Shown here: positions 46,840 through 57,265 of the stretch, piece by piece | Position numbering within the stretch: the stretch's first letter is position 1 | Layout of the letters: every line of letters starts with the position of its first letter | Assembly (NCBI GenBank): GCA_902612965.1 | Contig: CACMFN010000004.1 | Location: forward strand, 90,355-154,354 | Length of the DNA stretch: 64,000 nt | DNA from: an uncultured SAR116 cluster alpha proteobacterium | Lineage (GTDB): Bacteria > Pseudomonadota > Alphaproteobacteria > Puniceispirillales > GCA-002684695 | Direction of reading: 5' to 3' | The notes under the pieces: model-generated | Database searches by the model: none | What the model was told of the DNA's origin: nothing | What the model saw: the letters and a program-made list of their open reading frames with translations, nothing else | Program-made: the position numbers and the translations under genes

Positions 46840-48594
46840 ATGGGAAATATTTCTGCAAAATCATTGCCAGGTATTTTTTTTGAACAAGCAAATTCACTTA
46901 AAGACAAACCATTATTTTGGTCAAAAAAAGAGGGTTTTTGGGAAGGAGTTACTTGGGGTGATGCAGCCGTACAAGTTAAAAAGTTAGCTAGTGTTTTACA
47001 ATCATATGGAGTTAAAAAAGGTGATAGGGTTTTAATAGCTTCAGAAAATAGACCTGAGTGGGCAATTTCAGATTTGGCTATTATGTCTTTAGGAGCAATT
47101 GTTGTTCCTGCCTATACATCAAATACAGAAGAAGATAATAATTATTTACTAACACATTCTCAAGCTAAATTAGCAATAACATCTGGTGGAAACGTGGCAT
47201 CTAGATTATGTCTAGCCGCGGATAGTAATAAATTTATCCAAAATATTATACTAATTGACGCTGAACCAAGAAATTTTACTGTTAAAGGTTGTAAAATACT
47301 TTCCTGGAATGAGGAAATCAAGAAGGTTGACATTGATAGTAAATTTGAGAAATCAATAGAAAAATTATCAGATGAAGATGTTTGCTGTTTTATTTATACA
47401 TCTGGCACAGGGGGTAGACCTAAGGGTGTGATGCTCACACATAAGTCAATATTTTCAAATATTTTAGCGTGTAGTGATGTAATTAAAGATGTTAAAATTA
47501 AAGAAAAAGTTTTTCTTTCACTTCTACCTTTGTCGCATGCTTACGAACATACTTGTGGTTTTCATTGGCCAATATTTTTAGGAGCTGAAATTTATTACAG
47601 TGAATCTACCGAAGCAGTTGCTCAAAACCTGCAAGATGTTAAACCAACTCTTATGATTGCAGTGCCAAGGCTTTATGAAGTGCTTTATTCAAGAATTGTA
47701 AATGGCATAAAAGCCAAAGGTGGAATTTCAGAATACCTGTTTATGACTGCGGTTAAACTTGGAAGAAAAAAATTAGAAAACCAGAATCTACTTCCTCATG
47801 AGTGGTTGCTTGACAAATTAGTTGAAAGACTGGTGAGACAAAAAGTTAAATTGAGGCTTGGTGGCCGATTAAGATATTTCGTATCTGGAGGAGCCGCATT
47901 GAATTATGAGGTTGGTAGTTTTTTTCTTGGCCTTGGAGTTGGTATTTTGCAAGGTTATGGGCAAACTGAAGCTTCTCCTCTCATTTCTGTAAATAGACCT
48001 AATTTAATTAAAATTGACACAGTTGGCCCAGCAGTTTTAGGAGTAGAAACTAAAGTTGATGAATTTGGCGAGTTGCTTGTTAGGGGTAATTTAGTAATGA
48101 AAGGCTACTGGAATGATGAAGTGGCTACAAAACAAGCAATTAAAAAAGGTTGGTTACACACTGGAGATATTGTTGAGTTTGATAAAGATAATTATATTAA
48201 AATTACAGGTAGAAAAAAGGAAATTATTGTAAACTCTGGAGGTGATAATATTGCACCAACGAGAGTTGAAGGTATTTTAGCAATTGAAAATGAGATTGAG
48301 CAAGTGATGGTATATGGAGATGGGCACCCATGGTTATCTGCTGTAATTGTTCCATCTGATGAAATTATTAAATCGCTAAATAATAACAAGAAAAAAATTA
48401 AAGATAAAATTTCTGAGGCTATAGATCACGCTAATTTAGGACTGTCTCAAATCGAGAAAATTAGAAAATTTATAATAGCTGATGAACCTTTTACTGTCGA
48501 TAATCTTCAAATGACACCAACTTTGAAAGTTAGAAGGCATGTTGTAACGGGTATTTATCAAGATAGAATATTAGAGCTTTATCCAAAAAAATAA
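46840..48594 (+). CDS. Long-chain acyl-CoA synthetase (AMP-forming)
   Basis: AMP-binding motif IYTSGTGGRPKGV, plus GYGQTE and TGDIVEFD. Confidence 0.9.
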   Translation: MGNISAKSLPGIFFEQANSLKDKPLFWSKKEGFWEGVTWGDAAVQVKKLASVLQSYGVKKGDRVLIASENRPEWAISDLAIMSLGAIVVPAYTSNTEEDNNYLLTHSQAKLAITSGGNVASRLCLAADSNKFIQNIILIDAEPRNFTVKGCKILSWNEEIKKVDIDSKFEKSIEKLSDEDVCCFIYTSGTGGRPKGVMLTHKSIFSNILACSDVIKDVKIKEKVFLSLLPLSHAYEHTCGFHWPIFLGAEIYYSESTEAVAQNLQDVKPTLMIAVPRLYEVLYSRIVNGIKAKGGISEYLFMTAVKLGRKKLENQNLLPHEWLLDKLVERLVRQKVKLRLGGRLRYFVSGGAALNYEVGSFFLGLGVGILQGYGQTEASPLISVNRPNLIKIDTVGPAVLGVETKVDEFGELLVRGNLVMKGYWNDEVATKQAIKKGWLHTGDIVEFDKDNYIKITGRKKEIIVNSGGDNIAPTRVEGILAIENEIEQVMVYGDGHPWLSAVIVPSDEIIKSLNNNKKKIKDKISEAIDHANLGLSQIEKIRKFIIADEPFTVDNLQMTPTLKVRRHVVTGIYQDRILELYPKK

Positions 48595-48630
48595 ACTATA
48601 AACTAAGAAGTTGTAATATTTTTTTAGTAG

Positions 48631-48706
48631 GGCCCTATAGTTGAACTGGATACAACGCAGGATTCCTAATCCTGAGCTCGAGGTTCGAGTCCTCGTAGGG
48701 TCACCA
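48631..48706 (+). tRNA. tRNA-Arg (anticodon CCU), intron-less, CCA encoded
   Basis: GGCCCTATAGTTGAACTGGATACAACGCAGGATTCCTAATCCTGAGCTCGAGGTTCGAGTCCTCGTAGGGTCACCA folds as a cloverleaf with anticodon loop TTCCTAA. Confidence 0.9.
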
Positions 48707-48718
48707 AATTTTTGAGAG

Positions 48719-49828
48719 ATGAATATGTTTGAATTTACACCCACACCAAGAGTAAAGAGGTCTCCATTTTATGATGCAACCGTCAGAGATGGAGTGAAAA
48801 GTTTTTATCCCTATAACAATATGTTTTTGCCAACTGGTTATGGGGATCCCGAAAAAGAATATTGGAGACTAATAAATGGTGTTTCTATGTGGGATGTGGG
48901 TGTGCAAAGACAGGTAGAATTATTTGGAAAAGATGCTTGCAAATTAGCTCAGATACTTTCTCCTAGAGATCTCTCAAACTTGGAAATTGGTCAGTCAAAA
49001 TATGTTGCTTTATGTGACCATAGAGGAGTTATTATAAATGACCCTATTTTATCAAAGTTAGAGGAAAATAAATTTTGGTTTTCTATAGCTGATTCAAAAG
49101 TGCTATTTTGGGCAAGGGCTATAGCCTATGAAAGAAATTTAAATGTAAATATTATAGAACCTGATGTATCTCCAATGGCTATTCAGGGTCCAAAAGCAGT
49201 CGATGTAATTTCTTCGGTTTTTGGAGAATGGGTTAGAGACTTAAAATATTTTTATTTTAAGGAGACTTCTTTAAACGGTATTCCACTTCTATTAGTCCGT
49301 TCTGGTTGGTCAAAACAGGGCGGTTATGAATTATATTTAATGGATGGATCAAAAGGAGACGAACTCTGGGATATAATTAAGGAGGCAGGTAAGCCTTGGG
49401 ATATTGGTCCAGGATATCCAAATACTGTTGAACGTATTGAAAGTGGGTTGTTGTCTTGGGGTGGTGATACTGATGACAATACAAATCCGTATGAAGTTAG
49501 ATTAGGCAAATATGTCGACCTTGATATACCCGAAGATGTTATTGGCTTATCAGCACTAAAAAAAATTAACAAAGAAGGTCCAAAAAGACATCAATTGGGC
49601 ATTGTTTTAGACACTGAGGAAAAATTCAAGTCTCATGGTGTATGGTATGATATTTTTGTAAATAATGAAAAACTTGGTGATATGACATGTGGAATATGGT
49701 CAAATAGAATTAAGAAAAATATTGGCTTATGTTTAGTTTCAGTAAAACTAAAGTCTGGTGAAAAAGTTAAACTTAATAAGAATGGTATAGAATATACGGG
49801 AACAATGACTGAATTACCTTTTATTTAA
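48719..49828 (+). CDS. GcvT-family aminomethyltransferase, DmdA-like (candidate demethylase)
   Basis: RSPFYDATVRDGVKSFYPYNNMFLPTGY...MWDVGVQRQVELFGKDA...LEENKFWFSIADS resembles the DMSP demethylase pattern from memory. The substrate has not been verified. Confidence 0.7.
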   Translation: MNMFEFTPTPRVKRSPFYDATVRDGVKSFYPYNNMFLPTGYGDPEKEYWRLINGVSMWDVGVQRQVELFGKDACKLAQILSPRDLSNLEIGQSKYVALCDHRGVIINDPILSKLEENKFWFSIADSKVLFWARAIAYERNLNVNIIEPDVSPMAIQGPKAVDVISSVFGEWVRDLKYFYFKETSLNGIPLLLVRSGWSKQGGYELYLMDGSKGDELWDIIKEAGKPWDIGPGYPNTVERIESGLLSWGGDTDDNTNPYEVRLGKYVDLDIPEDVIGLSALKKINKEGPKRHQLGIVLDTEEKFKSHGVWYDIFVNNEKLGDMTCGIWSNRIKKNIGLCLVSVKLKSGEKVKLNKNGIEYTGTMTELPFI

Positions 49829-49844
49829 AATAAGAAAATAGATT

Positions 49845-50783
49845 ATGGCAAAAAAAAATAATAAAGTTATAATAACATGTGCTGTTACAGGTGGTATTCA
49901 TGTTCCAAGTATGTCGGACTATCTTCCTCTAACCCCAGAAGAAATTTCAAAACAATCAATCGATGCAGCCAATGCTGGTGCTTCAATATTACACTTGCAC
50001 GCCAGAGATCCAAAAAATGGAAGGCCTACTTCAGACCCAAATATCTTTAATAAATTTTTACCAGTTATAAAGGAATCTACAGACGCTGTAGTCAATATTA
50101 CCACAGGAGGTGGTCTAGAGATGACAGTTGAGCAAAGACTAGAAGCTCCTTTAAGATTTAAGCCTGAAATGTGTTCATTGAATATGGGTTCTATGAATTT
50201 TGCACTATTTCCTGCTGCTTCAAAACTTAAGAATTGGAAGAATGATTGGGAAAAACCTTTTTTAGAAGCAAGTGAAGATTTTATTTTTCGAAATACTTTT
50301 GGAGATGTACGTAAGATTGTCAAAATGTTGGGTGATGATCATGGTACTAAATTTGAGCATGAATGTTATGATATTGGTCATTTATATAACTTATCGTATT
50401 TTGTTGATGCTGGAATAATTAAACCACCTTTCTTAGTACAATCAATTTTTGGTGTTTTAGGAGGTATTGGTCCAGATATGGATAATGTAATGTTTATGAA
50501 ACAAACTGCAGATCGATTATTCGGTGATAATTATATCTGGTCTGTTTTAGCTGCTGGAAGATTCCAAATGCCTTTTGTTACACAAGCTGCAATGATGGGA
50601 GGTCATGTTAGAGTTGGCTTAGAGGATTCGATATATCTTGAAAAAGGTGTATTAGCAAAATCCAATGCTGATCAAGTTAAAAAAATTAGAAAAATTCTTG
50701 AAGAACTAGGAATGGAAATAGCAACACCAAAAGATACACGTCAAATTCTTGGTTTAAAAGGCCAAAACCTTGTTAATTTTTAA
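49845..50783 (+). CDS. BKACE family (3-keto-5-aminohexanoate cleavage-like) enzyme
   Basis: VIITCAVTGG...LPLTPEEI...GASILHLHARDP. Confidence 0.88.
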   Translation: MAKKNNKVIITCAVTGGIHVPSMSDYLPLTPEEISKQSIDAANAGASILHLHARDPKNGRPTSDPNIFNKFLPVIKESTDAVVNITTGGGLEMTVEQRLEAPLRFKPEMCSLNMGSMNFALFPAASKLKNWKNDWEKPFLEASEDFIFRNTFGDVRKIVKMLGDDHGTKFEHECYDIGHLYNLSYFVDAGIIKPPFLVQSIFGVLGGIGPDMDNVMFMKQTADRLFGDNYIWSVLAAGRFQMPFVTQAAMMGGHVRVGLEDSIYLEKGVLAKSNADQVKKIRKILEELGMEIATPKDTRQILGLKGQNLVNF

Positions 50784-52002
50784 TTCTATTTACTAGAGAT
50801 CGATACTGAATTAAGAAAACAAATAATGATCCTAACCCCATAGAAATAAATGCAAAAATCCAGGCACTTGTATTATTAGTTCCACCATTGACATCAAGAA
50901 TAAAACCTATAATTGGACCAGCAATTGCACCTCCAGCAAAACCTATAATAGAATGGAATGCTAATATTGCTCCTCTTTCATTGTCATCTGAAACAGAAAC
51001 TGTGCCTGCTGTAAGTGCTCCAGAGTCTAGCATAATAAATGCATGATAGATCCCTACTAAAATTATTATTATCCAAATGGGTAATGAAATAGAAATTGCA
51101 CAGATAACAGAAAATACAAAAGTAGCAAATCCAATAATCATCAATAATTTTTTTCTACCATAGTCTAAACAAAATTTGGCACCCATTAGTGAGGAAACCA
51201 TTCCTATAAACATGAAAATTCCAATAATCAAAGAAATTAGTTCTGATGAAATAGTGTTTGGTGTTCTTAGGCTTGCCCACAAGAGAAAGGTAAATATCCA
51301 AGCTCTATATGCAAATAATTCGTAAGTATGTGTACCATATGAAAAAATATATCCTAAAGCCTCTTTATTTTTTAATGCAGGCCTTAAATCAAAAAACTTT
51401 CTTTCAGTAATATTCTTTTTTTGATTATGAGAAGTTATTAAAAATAAAATAATTATTGCCGACAATGCGGCTGATATTGAAGTTGTATAACATGCAATTT
51501 TCCATGAAAAATTAGCAAAAAGATAACCAATTACTGCAAAACTAATCCCATTAGACAAGCCAAATGATGATGTATACCATGGAGTTAATTTTACTCTATC
51601 GGTCATATTCAAACGATCATTTAAAACTTGTAGTCCAGGCATATAAGTTCCAGCTAAACCAGAACCTACAACTCCCCAAATAAGACAAGTAGACCAGAAA
51701 CCTACTGCAAAAAACCAAAGTGAAAAGCACGCTAAGCAAACAGAGATACTTGCTATAATAACAATCCATTTTGCATCATATTTGTCTGTTAATCCAACAT
51801 ATACAGGTGTAAGTAGAAGATAACCAATAAAATATGATCCACTAATCCACCCTACATCTGTATTAGTAAGTTTCCAAATATCTTTAAACTCTACTAAGAA
51901 TATTGGCCAAAGTGCAAAACTCAAATTACTTAAAATGAGAGAAATGCACATCAGCAATAAAAGAAAAATTTTGTTTGTTTTGATATTAAAAACTTTTATC
52001 AT
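50773..52002 (-). CDS. MFS transporter
   Basis: About 12 hydrophobic segments in 409 aa. Confidence 0.8.
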   Translation of the reverse strand: MIKVFNIKTNKIFLLLLMCISLILSNLSFALWPIFLVEFKDIWKLTNTDVGWISGSYFIGYLLLTPVYVGLTDKYDAKWIVIIASISVCLACFSLWFFAVGFWSTCLIWGVVGSGLAGTYMPGLQVLNDRLNMTDRVKLTPWYTSSFGLSNGISFAVIGYLFANFSWKIACYTTSISAALSAIIILFLITSHNQKKNITERKFFDLRPALKNKEALGYIFSYGTHTYELFAYRAWIFTFLLWASLRTPNTISSELISLIIGIFMFIGMVSSLMGAKFCLDYGRKKLLMIIGFATFVFSVICAISISLPIWIIIILVGIYHAFIMLDSGALTAGTVSVSDDNERGAILAFHSIIGFAGGAIAGPIIGFILDVNGGTNNTSAWIFAFISMGLGSLFVFLIQYRSLVNRIKN

Positions 52003-52040
52003 CTATCAATATTAAATTAACTAAGCTTGAGATTATTTCT

Positions 52041-53045
52041 TTGCAAAATATAACACTACCATTTTCTTCAAGTGAACCTCTTTCTGTTTTTTTTTCAAGA
52101 GGTTCAGGAATAGAAAGTGAGCATCTGGTTGATATTGTTTTAAGTGATACTAATGGCAAACCTATAGTTGCTATTGGAGATTTAGAGCGAATAGTTTACC
52201 CTCGTTCAGCAACAAAACTTTTTCAGTGTTTAACTTTATCCTCAATGAACCCTGAAATTTCGGAGAAGGAATACTCTGTAATTTGTTCAAGTCATAATGG
52301 ACAAAAAGAGCATATCAATATTGTAGAAAAAATTTTAAAAAAAAATGGCTTATCTCATGAAAATTTAATTTGTGGGCCTCACTGGTCTCTTGAAAAAAAT
52401 GAATTTATAAATCAGGTAAGAAAATATCCACAACCCTCAACACTTCAAAGTAATTGCAGTGGCAAACATTCTGGTATGCTTTTGCTTTGTAAATTACTCA
52501 ACGCTGATCCAAAGGGATATGAAAGATTAGATCATCCTGTGCAAAAAAAAATAGTAAAGACAATAAATTTTCTTACTAATAAAAATATTCTTGATTACCC
52601 ATATGGTGTTGATGGTTGTGGGGTGCCAGCCTTCAGTGCTCCTTTAAAAATTTGGGGTCAAGCGTTAGCTCGATTTGCTGATGATAAAAAACTTCCAGAT
52701 AGCTTGCGAAACGGTAAAAGATTAATTGCTAATGCTATATGTAAGGAGCCTTTCTTTATAGCAGGTGATAATAGAATTTGTACTGCAATAGCCGAGACCT
52801 TAGGGAACAAAATAACACCAAAAATGGGTGCTGAAGCAGTATATTTTTGCTCACTAAATGACTTAGGATTAGGTTTAGTTTTGAAGTGTAGAGACGGTTC
52901 AAGAAGGGCGGTAGAATTTGCTTTAGGGCAAGTTTTAAAATTACTAAATTATAAAATATCTAAAAAGTTAGCTAAACATTTTAATTCTGAAATTTATAAT
53001 TTAAGTGGTGATATTGTTGGTTCAAAATCTATTAAGTTGTTATAA
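52041..53045 (+). CDS. Asparaginase II-family protein
   Basis: RGSGIESEHLVDIV...VYPRSATKLFQ...NCSGKHSGML. The family was assigned from memory. TTG start. Confidence 0.72.
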   Translation: MQNITLPFSSSEPLSVFFSRGSGIESEHLVDIVLSDTNGKPIVAIGDLERIVYPRSATKLFQCLTLSSMNPEISEKEYSVICSSHNGQKEHINIVEKILKKNGLSHENLICGPHWSLEKNEFINQVRKYPQPSTLQSNCSGKHSGMLLLCKLLNADPKGYERLDHPVQKKIVKTINFLTNKNILDYPYGVDGCGVPAFSAPLKIWGQALARFADDKKLPDSLRNGKRLIANAICKEPFFIAGDNRICTAIAETLGNKITPKMGAEAVYFCSLNDLGLGLVLKCRDGSRRAVEFALGQVLKLLNYKISKKLAKHFNSEIYNLSGDIVGSKSIKLL

Positions 53046-53963
53046 ATTTGATAGGTGTTCATCAACTTTTTTAGCAATCATTGAACTCACTTGCTGATTT
53101 GCTTCGTAGGTTACGCCCCCTATATGGGGAGTAAGAATAACATTGTCCAAACCTTTAAAATAATCCCCTGAAGACTGATCCATTGGCTCTGTTTCAAATA
53201 CATCAAGAGCAGCACCTTTTATTTTGTTTCCTCTTAATAGTTTTGCAAGGGCTTTGTCATCTACGACACCACCTCTTGCTGCATTTATAATTACGGAAGA
53301 TTGTTTTAAAAGCTTTAAATTTTCAGAATTTATTAGGTGATGAGTATTTTCATTAAGAGGAGTATGAATACTGACTACATCTGATGATCTTAAAAGTTCA
53401 TCCAATGATACTTTAGTTACTCCATTCCAAAGATTTGATGTTTCTTCAATAAAAGGATCGTAAGCTATAATTTTCATATTAAAACTTTTTGCCAATATTG
53501 AGGTTTTTTGAGCGATTTCGCCAAAACCAACAAGTCCAAGTGTTTTACCAGAAATTTCATTACCCGAACTCTCTTCTCTAGGCCATTTACCAGCAATCAT
53601 TTGATGGTTTTTATTAAATGCTCCTCTTAATAATACCAAAGCTGTAGTTATAACATACTCAACAACACTATTTGTGTTTGCCCCTGTTGCAGGATATACA
53701 TTAATGTTTTTTTTTCTACATGCTGTTAGGTCAATATTATCTAATCCAACACCAAGTCTTCCTACACAGGATAGGTTTGGAGATTTTTCTAAAAGATTTT
53801 TTGAAATTTTCGTTCGATTTCGAACAATAAGAGCTTTAATATCTTTCATTTTATTAGGAATATCCTTTTGTTTGTTTGCAAGTTCCTTATCATATACAAC
53901 TTCATATTTTGATCTTAAAAAATCAATTGCTTCTTCATCCATAAATTCAGTAATTAAAATCAT
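53040..53963 (-). CDS. D-isomer-specific 2-hydroxyacid dehydrogenase (PGDH-like)
   Basis: NAD motif GLVGFGEIAQ, plus ARGGVVD and TPHIGG. Confidence 0.9.
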   Translation of the reverse strand: MILITEFMDEEAIDFLRSKYEVVYDKELANKQKDIPNKMKDIKALIVRNRTKISKNLLEKSPNLSCVGRLGVGLDNIDLTACRKKNINVYPATGANTNSVVEYVITTALVLLRGAFNKNHQMIAGKWPREESSGNEISGKTLGLVGFGEIAQKTSILAKSFNMKIIAYDPFIEETSNLWNGVTKVSLDELLRSSDVVSIHTPLNENTHHLINSENLKLLKQSSVIINAARGGVVDDKALAKLLRGNKIKGAALDVFETEPMDQSSGDYFKGLDNVILTPHIGGVTYEANQQVSSMIAKKVDEHLSNL

Positions 53964-53972
53964 TTATTTTCC

Positions 53973-55355
53973 TTAAATCTCTTGCACTGGGAGTTCCATA
54001 GTTGATGCAACTTCTTTAAGAAGTTGGGTATGGTCTCCGTATGAGAGAGCCATATGATGCTCTAAACCAGAATTAATGATATCATTTAATACATCTTCTG
54101 CATTTTTATCAAATTTAATTACACCAGAAGTGCCAGTAAATGCCATATCTCTTTTTAGCATTTCTCCTTTAGAGATGACCATCTTTTGCTTGCCAAATGA
54201 TTGTGAAATTCTCATTAGTGTAACCACACCTCTTTTTAGAGGAAACTGAAATAATAATGGCATTTTTCGATTTGTATGAATTGTGGCTTGTGGTTTAAAT
54301 TCTTTATCACACATTGATATTGGCGCTTGTCCGCAATGCCATACTACACCTGTATTATCATTAATATCAATATCTACAAGATCAGTTAGAAATACCTGCG
54401 AACCAGAGACTTCCTGAAGAACTATTTGAGTTATTGAACCATATATATCTGCTTCACATGCACAGGGTATTTTATTTTCACTTAACATTGACACAGGCGC
54501 ACAGATTGCACCACCATACTCTGTAAATGTTTCTGGCCAGCATCTTATTGCGAATGAATTAAATTTCTCTTTTTCCCTAATTTTATCTAACGATGATTTT
54601 AGGCGTAGGGATAAATCAAGCTCTTTAGGATCAACGTTATCAAGTGATGAAATTTGACTTTTAACTTGTTTATGCAAGTTATTAATTTCTTTTTTATCAA
54701 TTGATTTGGCCTCTTTAAATAGTTCATTGAGAGTAAATTCATAAATCGATATTCCAGTAAGTTTTTTGACATCATCTTTATTATATTTACAAGTATCAAA
54801 CCCTTCTGGATGTTCTCCAATCTTTGCAATTTTAAATTCTTTTATTTTATTTTTGATTTGTTTTGCTCTATCAGATGTAACCCCATATTCTACAATTTTT
54901 GGTTTATTTTTTGATAATCTTTTTTTAACAAAAGCATCAAATATACTGGGTTGAATAATTAATGGATCTTCAAAAATCCAATTTACCAACATATTATTTA
55001 GGCTTAACGCATGTGAAGCTAAATTTAACCCACAAAATGAATTTAATCTAAGTCTCTCACCTAATCTTGGCTCTGGTATAGCCCAAATTCCAAAATTATC
55101 TTTAAACTTATTTGCAATTTGCACAGTCATAAGAGCATCTGTAAAGGTGATTTGTATAATAACAACAAAGTCAACATTTTCAATTTGAAGACGTTCTGCT
55201 TCATTTTGTGTTGTATCACTCTCTAGTAAGATTTCATCACCACCTATAATTGAATAAGATGTTTTTTTTAAAAAACTTACGCACTCAGATAATTTCTGAT
55301 TGGCAAATTCAATATCGAAAGTTGCTCTGCCAAGAGCTAGTACTCCAATCTTCAT
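53973..55355 (-). CDS. L-fucose/arabinose isomerase-like sugar isomerase
   Basis: N-terminus MKIGVLALGRATFD and LRLNSFCGLNLASHAL are typical of the FucI-related family (from memory). Confidence 0.55.
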   Translation of the reverse strand: MKIGVLALGRATFDIEFANQKLSECVSFLKKTSYSIIGGDEILLESDTTQNEAERLQIENVDFVVIIQITFTDALMTVQIANKFKDNFGIWAIPEPRLGERLRLNSFCGLNLASHALSLNNMLVNWIFEDPLIIQPSIFDAFVKKRLSKNKPKIVEYGVTSDRAKQIKNKIKEFKIAKIGEHPEGFDTCKYNKDDVKKLTGISIYEFTLNELFKEAKSIDKKEINNLHKQVKSQISSLDNVDPKELDLSLRLKSSLDKIREKEKFNSFAIRCWPETFTEYGGAICAPVSMLSENKIPCACEADIYGSITQIVLQEVSGSQVFLTDLVDIDINDNTGVVWHCGQAPISMCDKEFKPQATIHTNRKMPLLFQFPLKRGVVTLMRISQSFGKQKMVISKGEMLKRDMAFTGTSGVIKFDKNAEDVLNDIINSGLEHHMALSYGDHTQLLKEVASTMELPVQEI

Positions 55356-55356
55356 T

Positions 55357-56379
55357 TTAATTTATCTCTCTATACTGCGTTCTGAATTCATAATTATTGA
55401 AAGGAAAACTACTACCACTCTTGCCATAGCATTTATGCTCATTCCAAGCTAAAGCATTATTGTCAGCAATTTTGCCAATTTCTTTTAGATAGTCATTTGA
55501 TGGACCTAATAGTTGTTGTTTAATGATATCCCAATTTGGATAATTTAAAAATGCATCTAACCAAATAGCTCTCCCGGCAAGAAAGCCTGAGCATCCTGCT
55601 TTAAAAGCCAGTTCTAAAACATTTTTAAAATCTTCTTTTCCTGCGCCTGCTGAAAGCATAACCCAAGGTCTTCCTGCTAACTTCCCCATTTCGTTAAATG
55701 CATTAATATCATTGTTAGAAATTTCACTTGCATTGACAGGGCTTTCTAATTTGAAAACATCAACACCATATTTATGATTTGAAAATTCTTCAACAGACTT
55801 AAGCACATGTTCTGTTTTTTTATTTTTCATTTCCACATAATCTTTCGTTTGATGCTTATCTTTTGAAAGGGGGTAGACTAATAATTCAAAAAGAAAAAGT
55901 ATATCATATTTCATGCATTCTTCTCCTACTTTTTGAACATAATCCTGTTGAGCTTGAAGAACTTTTCTATCAGCATCAGGCCGATACCAAGCTAATACTT
56001 TAACAGCATCTGCACCCATTCTTTTAATTTTTGAAACTGACCAATGATCAATGCTACTTGAAACTCTTCCCCCTTGTGTATCAGAAAAAATTGAATCTTC
56101 TAAAGTCACTACCAACCCCTTTTTAGAGTCAAGAATATCCATAGAAGATGGAATAGCAAAATGCGGATCAAGTAAAAGTGCAGAACTGCTATCTTGAAGA
56201 CTTTCAATAAGCAGACTTTTAAATTTTGCAACTTCTACCCATGGAGCCTCTTGAGTTTTTAAAAATTCAGCTATTGGTTTCTTTATAGGCGGTCTTTGAT
56301 CTACTGCTGTCATTTTAAATATTCCGTTTTTGTCGGATAGTCTTTTCATTCCTTGTAGCTTGCCAGGGCTTAGTTGCAT
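55357..56379 (-). CDS. Class I aldolase of the LacD/YihT (tagatose-bisphosphate aldolase) family
   Basis: LSDKNGIFKMTAVDQR, LLLDPHF, GADAVKVLAWY and LFELLVYP parallel LacD. Confidence 0.72.
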   Translation of the reverse strand: MQLSPGKLQGMKRLSDKNGIFKMTAVDQRPPIKKPIAEFLKTQEAPWVEVAKFKSLLIESLQDSSSALLLDPHFAIPSSMDILDSKKGLVVTLEDSIFSDTQGGRVSSSIDHWSVSKIKRMGADAVKVLAWYRPDADRKVLQAQQDYVQKVGEECMKYDILFLFELLVYPLSKDKHQTKDYVEMKNKKTEHVLKSVEEFSNHKYGVDVFKLESPVNASEISNNDINAFNEMGKLAGRPWVMLSAGAGKEDFKNVLELAFKAGCSGFLAGRAIWLDAFLNYPNWDIIKQQLLGPSNDYLKEIGKIADNNALAWNEHKCYGKSGSSFPFNNYEFRTQYREIN

Positions 56380-57263
56380 TATTTATACTCCATTAAAAAT
56401 TGATCTACTTGCTGTCTATTTGGAAACCCATCTCTTCCGCCAAAAAATTTGCATTTCAGAGTTGCGGCACTATTAGCAAATTTTATTGCATTAACTTCAT
56501 CATTGCCTTCAGCAAGACTTAAAGCAAAAGCTCCATGCCAAACATCGCCAGCTCCAAGCGTATCTTTAACCGTAATTTTTTTGGCTGGTATATTTTCTAA
56601 TTTATTATCTTTTAAATAGTAAACTCCATTTTCTCCATCAGTAACGCAGACCCAAGCTGAAGAAATATTTTTTATTGATTTAAGAGCCTCAAATTTATTT
56701 TCAATTTTTGTAAATACTTTTAGACCATTCATTGAGAAAGCAATATGTGATGCTTCTTTAATAATCTCTTGAGTTACTGTCTCCTCAGCATCTACTATTC
56801 CAGGAGCACAATTTTTCTTAGCTAACTTTAAAGTTTGCAATGCACCTTCTTTCCATCTTGAATCTACTAAATATGCGTCATGTTCTTTTATATTTGCAAT
56901 CATTGATGCATCAACTGGTAAAGTATGATCTCTATAATTCATTACCTGCCTATCACCATTTTTATTAATATAAACAGAAGAAAATGAAGACTTATGACCA
57001 TCAAAAATAATTAAATTATCTAAATTTACATTTTCATTAATTAATCCATTTTTGATCATTAAACCTATTTCATCCTTGCCTATTCTAGATGCTAGTGAAG
57101 GCTTACCATTCAATTTAGCGATAGCAACAGCCGCATTAGCTGCAACTCCACCACCTGATATAGATGCATTGTTTGCTCTATATTTCTCAAAATTATTTGG
57201 TATTTCATCTATTTGAAATATAAAATCAATTACTGAGACACCAGTTATTAAAACTTTTTTCAT
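56379..57263 (-). CDS. PfkB-family sugar kinase
   Basis: GGGVAANAA near the N-terminus and DTLGAGDVWHGAF near the C-terminus. Confidence 0.9.
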   Translation of the reverse strand: MKKVLITGVSVIDFIFQIDEIPNNFEKYRANNASISGGGVAANAAVAIAKLNGKPSLASRIGKDEIGLMIKNGLINENVNLDNLIIFDGHKSSFSSVYINKNGDRQVMNYRDHTLPVDASMIANIKEHDAYLVDSRWKEGALQTLKLAKKNCAPGIVDAEETVTQEIIKEASHIAFSMNGLKVFTKIENKFEALKSIKNISSAWVCVTDGENGVYYLKDNKLENIPAKKITVKDTLGAGDVWHGAFALSLAEGNDEVNAIKFANSAATLKCKFFGGRDGFPNRQQVDQFLMEYK

Positions 57264-57265
57264 TT

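Noticed and set aside
48631-48706. Possible intron in tRNA-Arg(CCU), the classical alphaproteobacterial group I intron host
   Set aside because: The gene is a contiguous 76-nt cloverleaf with an intact TTCCTAA anticodon loop, so no insertion is present.
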